Below are positions 60,824 through 64,000 of a stretch of DNA of 64,000 nucleotides, piece by piece; position 1 is the first letter of the stretch; each line of letters begins with the position of its first letter. A program made the position numbers and the translations under genes. Source of the stretch: a virus (taxonomy: Duplodnaviria; Caudoviricetes); IMG/VR virus record IMGVR_UViG_3300023267_000001, positions 12,043 to 76,042 of that record; one strand, written 5' to 3'. A model generated the notes under the pieces. That model worked only from the letters and a program-made list of their open reading frames with translations, was not told the DNA's origin and did not search any database.

Positions 60824-61408
60824 TTAAAACTGTTTCCCTCCCGCAATCTTTCGGGCCTCGTGGGTGTGGTCGATTCTGACGCTATTATACGCTTGTTTGG
60901 CGTCGAAGGCTCCCTGCAAGTCGTAACGCTTTAGGCGCGCGTATTGAGCCGCTGTGACGAGCATGGTGATAATGCGCATCTGAATCACATCATCGCCTTT
61001 GGATTTACGCTCGGCCTCCAGAAGCTCGCTGGTTTTGGAGTGGAGGTATTCGATTCCGCGATTTGAAACCGCAATCTGTTCGCCCGACCAGCGCGCTAGG
61101 TGCATTACATCGAATGCGAACGAGTTCAGGTTTTCAAACCCCTCGTCGCCAAGACTGTAACCAAAGCCAGCGGCGTAGTCGAGCGTCCTGATGATGAAGT
61201 CAATGATTTCCACTTCGCCCATTTTACGGTCGGGCAACTTATCATCAAATAAATCCAGCGCCTCACCGTCGCCGCACTCTGACAATTCTGAGTGCATCAA
61301 GGCAATCAACTCGCCTTTGTTTCGTTTCAATGGAGTTCCATCTTCGATTGAAATCCACCACTTAGTGTTCGCTTCATGGACTGTTTTAGCCAGTTCGTTT
61401 AGGGTCAT
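60824..61408 (-). CDS. MazG-like NTP pyrophosphohydrolase, internally duplicated
   Basis: RNKGELIALMHSELSE..DDKLPDR..EVEIIDFIIR..KQAYN..RIDH. Confidence 0.75.
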   Translation of the reverse strand: MTLNELAKTVHEANTKWWISIEDGTPLKRNKGELIALMHSELSECGDGEALDLFDDKLPDRKMGEVEIIDFIIRTLDYAAGFGYSLGDEGFENLNSFAFDVMHLARWSGEQIAVSNRGIEYLHSKTSELLEAERKSKGDDVIQMRIITMLVTAAQYARLKRYDLQGAFDAKQAYNSVRIDHTHEARKIAGGKQF

Positions 61409-61432
61409 AGTGTTTTGTTTGTTTTTAGTTTT

Positions 61433-61594
61433 TTAATAAATTTTGCGCATTGGATGTAATGCGTATTTGGCACCCTGCATCCTATCGCTATTTTTGCTTG
61501 GGTCATTCTCGCGCAGCCATTTGGTATTCTGCTTTAATTTTGAAAGGAGAAACCTGCGTGTGCTTGAATCAATTTTAAAATCTTCTGGATTCAT
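61433..61594 (-). CDS. 53-aa hypothetical protein absent from the ORF track
   Basis: MNPEDFKIDSSTRRFLLSKL..; ATGA-coupled to the clamp gene. Confidence 0.55.
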   Translation of the reverse strand: MNPEDFKIDSSTRRFLLSKLKQNTKWLRENDPSKNSDRMQGAKYALHPMRKIY

Positions 61595-62628
61595 TTCAAC
61601 AACCCCATGCTGACCACCGTTAGATTGCCGGATTGCATGATGATTTTGTTTCTGTCGTCATCGGTTGAAATCTTAACGGTCTGGCCTTTAAATGCGCCAA
61701 GGCATTTCTGGATGGCCATTCCGTTAATCTTCAACTGGAACTCTTTAAATGCACCGGCGATTTTGCCCGTGTATGAATCGGTGTCCAAATCCAGTGAATC
61801 ATTTGTGAACGACGCCAGAACCGGCATTTCGGTTTGGGTTGCTGGATTCATCACATGCGCGGTTTTAAGTCTGACCAGAAAATCGTCAGCCGAAATGTCA
61901 CCAACAGGTTTCTTTACCATGTCCTTGATGAACTTGGTTGACGGGAATTTTCCATCAATTTGCTTGCAGGTGTATTTTCCAGAACCACACTCAACAGATA
62001 CCATTCGCGCGTTTGATGAAAACACGGCTCCATCTTCGGCCAGAAAATCTGAAAGATTCTTCTGGCATTCTTTGGGCACAAGGATTTCAAAGCCCGCGCA
62101 GATAAGCGGGTAATCCAGAAATGCCCCGTCGCGTCCGTTGGTGGATTCGACCGACAGCAGTTTCTCCGACGCGGTGACGTGAACCGAGTTAAGGATTGGG
62201 CGTTCTTTGTCATTCGAGGCGCAGAAGCTAACCGTCGCCATTGCCACGCTAAGTCCCAAGCAATCCACGCCCTGTTTAACCATGCCATCACTGGATAGCA
62301 TTGGCTGCATTATGTTTTCGGGCATCACGGGGATTCGGCAGGTTGAATCAGCTCTTGGTTTGAATATCAGAAACGAGCCGTCCAGTTTTAGCTCCACGGT
62401 TTCATCGGAGTTCCAGAGTGTGCCGAGGATTTGATTGATGGAGATGTTGGCACTTAACGAATCCTCGCCTTTAGCCTCAAATGTTAGCTCCATTGATTCA
62501 AAACTGTTGGATGCTCGAAGGGTTGCTAATCCACATTCAACATCGCATTGAATCACATTATGATTCCCCGTCGCCACCTGTTTCAACGTGTTCAACGCGG
62601 CGATTAGTTTTTGGGAGGAGAGTTTCAT
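61591..62628 (-). CDS. dnaN: DNA polymerase III beta sliding clamp
   Basis: 345 aa; ASN..E, ERPILNSVH, STNGR, VPK, QIDGKFP, final VVSMGL; degenerate. Confidence 0.8.
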   Translation of the reverse strand: MKLSSQKLIAALNTLKQVATGNHNVIQCDVECGLATLRASNSFESMELTFEAKGEDSLSANISINQILGTLWNSDETVELKLDGSFLIFKPRADSTCRIPVMPENIMQPMLSSDGMVKQGVDCLGLSVAMATVSFCASNDKERPILNSVHVTASEKLLSVESTNGRDGAFLDYPLICAGFEILVPKECQKNLSDFLAEDGAVFSSNARMVSVECGSGKYTCKQIDGKFPSTKFIKDMVKKPVGDISADDFLVRLKTAHVMNPATQTEMPVLASFTNDSLDLDTDSYTGKIAGAFKEFQLKINGMAIQKCLGAFKGQTVKISTDDDRNKIIMQSGNLTVVSMGLLK

Positions 62629-62999
62629 GGAATCTTGGTGAACGTGCGCTCAATGATGGTTTTCTCATTCTCCTTGCAGTCGAGATAGTAGGCGTCACAA
62701 ATCCATTCAATTTCTTCTGGATTTCCATGCTTTCCGCCGCCATACCAATAAGTCCATCCAACCCAAGAGCCGTCATCCATTTTAGCGGCTCTTGACTTAG
62801 CCTCGTAGTTGCGACTGTATTCCGGCGTCACGTTGCTTTCAACGCCGCCGCAGCGGTATTCCTCGGACTCGTCTTGCAATCCCCAATCTTCGTTTTCCTG
62901 TTCCCATAACGCATCCACGTTTTTGGGTGTGATTTCAAGGTCGGGCTTCTTGGACAACATGATGGCCCGCTGAATTTGTTGTGGTGCTGTGTATTTCAT
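62625..62999 (-). CDS. hypothetical phage protein
   Basis: GWTYWYGGGKHG motif; operon context. Confidence 0.7.
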   Translation of the reverse strand: MKYTAPQQIQRAIMLSKKPDLEITPKNVDALWEQENEDWGLQDESEEYRCGGVESNVTPEYSRNYEAKSRAAKMDDGSWVGWTYWYGGGKHGNPEEIEWICDAYYLDCKENEKTIIERTFTKIP

Positions 63000-63298
63000 G
63001 CGCGAACTCCTTCCGTGCTAACTGCGTCGTCCGGCTCTGGATTAGCCACGCACCATTTTGGTTTTTGCTCCGGCTCAACCTCCATCAACAGCATGGCCGC
63101 GAATTGCGCGCGGAGGTTTTTGGGGATTGTCGCAATCACGTTGCTGTCTTTGTCTAAGATTTCAACGTCGCCAGCGTGGTTGTGGCAGGCGAACAAAGGC
63201 TTTTGTCCGTGGCGTTCGTCGATTTCTCTATACGCCAGTTGAACGCCTCCAATGATATATACTTCACGTTTCAGTTTTCCAATTTCAATAATGTTCAT
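62996..63298 (-). CDS. hypothetical phage protein
   Basis: start moved to MNIIE. Confidence 0.6.
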   Translation of the reverse strand: MNIIEIGKLKREVYIIGGVQLAYREIDERHGQKPLFACHNHAGDVEILDKDSNVIATIPKNLRAQFAAMLLMEVEPEQKPKWCVANPEPDDAVSTEGVRA

Positions 63299-63317
63299 GG
63301 TGTTTTGGTTTGGTGGG

Positions 63318-63497
63318 TTAAAGTTTTTCAATGGCGGCCTTGCACTGGACATACCAGCCTGATTTATCTTTATATTTTCCAGCGTGGATTTCGTCCATGC
63401 GCTCCTGCGCCTGCTTCCTGCCAACATCGCTGTTCCAGTTAAGCCTGTCGGCTATATAGAGCAAATCTTCCATTAAGGACTTGGTTGGATTCTTCAT
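63318..63497 (-). CDS. 59-aa hypothetical protein absent from the ORF track
   Basis: MKNPTKSLMEDLLYIADRLNW..; ATGA-coupled to the HTH gene. Confidence 0.55.
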   Translation of the reverse strand: MKNPTKSLMEDLLYIADRLNWNSDVGRKQAQERMDEIHAGKYKDKSGWYVQCKAAIEKL

Positions 63498-63706
63498 TTT
63501 AAATTCTCCAAAAAGGATTTCTTGATTTCAGGACTCCATGTGCGTTTGCCGAGTTCGAGGCGGCTCAGGAATCCGAAATCTGTTTTCATTTTAGCCGCCA
63601 TCTCGCGCAGTCCGATGCCAGCTTGTTCTCGGTGTTTTCGCATGTGCGCTCCGATTGATTTCTGGTTCGGCTCTTTTCCGGTTCCGTTGCAGCGTTTGCA
63701 GGTCAT
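63494..63706 (-). CDS. XRE/Cro-like HTH protein with N-terminal CxxCxGxG
   Basis: MTCKRCNGTG; REQAGIGLREMA..FLSRLELGKR. Confidence 0.75.
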   Translation of the reverse strand: MTCKRCNGTGKEPNQKSIGAHMRKHREQAGIGLREMAAKMKTDFGFLSRLELGKRTWSPEIKKSFLENLK

Positions 63707-63906
63707 TATTCGCAGGGGGTTAATTCATGCGGCATCGCCAGATTTGTGTGGCCGTCGATGCTTTCGACTTCCGGCATTCCGGCCATGCCTGCGCCAACCA
63801 GCTTCACGCGCTGGCCCAAGTGCATGAAGTATTTTCCAATCGGCAGCGGCTCGCTTTGGTTGAACCTGAATCCGCCTTTTGAATTGTATTCGATGGTCGC
63901 TTTCAT
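63706..63906 (-). CDS. hypothetical phage protein
   Basis: first gene of the right-arm operon. Confidence 0.6.
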   Translation of the reverse strand: MKATIEYNSKGGFRFNQSEPLPIGKYFMHLGQRVKLVGAGMAGMPEVESIDGHTNLAMPHELTPCE

Positions 63907-63912
63907 AATCAG

Positions 63913-63944
63913 AATCTATCAGAGTGTGGTCTAAGTTGTCCACA
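63913..63944 (-). promoter_or_regulatory. putative promoter TGGACA-N18-TAGATT with overlapping imperfect IR TGTGGTC-N6-GTCCACA
   Basis: read directly upstream of the right-arm operon. Confidence 0.4.
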
Positions 63945-64000
63945 ACTATTTTAAATTATTTTATTTTACGGACTGGAAAATGGGGGGGGGGGGGGTTTTA

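Noticed and set aside
63982-63995. 14-nt poly-G tract as a phase-variation or G-quadruplex site
   Set aside because: It lies at the window edge with no downstream context and may be a sequencing artefact
1-64000. Stop-codon reassignment or CRISPR array
   Set aside because: Long genes read through cleanly in the standard code with dense packing; no repeat-spacer array seen

Overview
The window reads as most of a tailed dsDNA phage genome (Caudoviricetes, podovirus-like gene set). I saw no integrase, tRNA, rRNA, CRISPR array or reverse transcriptase. Layout: (1) 198-12858 (+), early, recombination and accessory genes: RNA ligase-like nucleotidyltransferase, AAA_24 ATPase, SMC/SbcC-like ATPase, RecE-like exonuclease, VRR-NUC, free-standing GIY-YIG and HNH nucleases. 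(2) 12885-18007 (-), membrane and secreted proteins containing a stand-alone response-regulator receiver and a signal-peptide SGNH protein. (3) 18103-29345 (+), putative ejection proteins plus three small non-structural genes. (4) 29347-53639 (-), tail, capsid, scaffold and portal operon, interrupted by a ~9.8 kb translationally coupled island of about 9 glycosyltransferase domains in 7 genes, 3 SAM methyltransferases, DUF3307 and a DHH phosphoesterase. (5) 53714-56142 (+), terminase block. (6) 56161-63906 (-), replication genes: DNA methyltransferase, SSB-like protein, DnaB, replication initiator, MazG-like protein, beta clamp. The host is inferred, not shown, to be Verrucomicrobiota-like, from SD-less TTTATG starts and TN-rich secreted proteins. 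The best candidate for an undescribed system is a phage protein-glycosylation pathway: ppGalNAc-T-like and PLOD-like transferases, a triple GT fusion and O-methyltransferases, with a hexa-Thr C-terminal tail on the capsid protein as a candidate acceptor. Other leads are a receiver domain inside the membrane/lysis cassette, tail-like proteins with signal peptides, a Cys-rich outer virion, and C4-like antisense RNA cloverleaves upstream of nuclease genes. All family assignments come from motif reading by eye; no database search was run.
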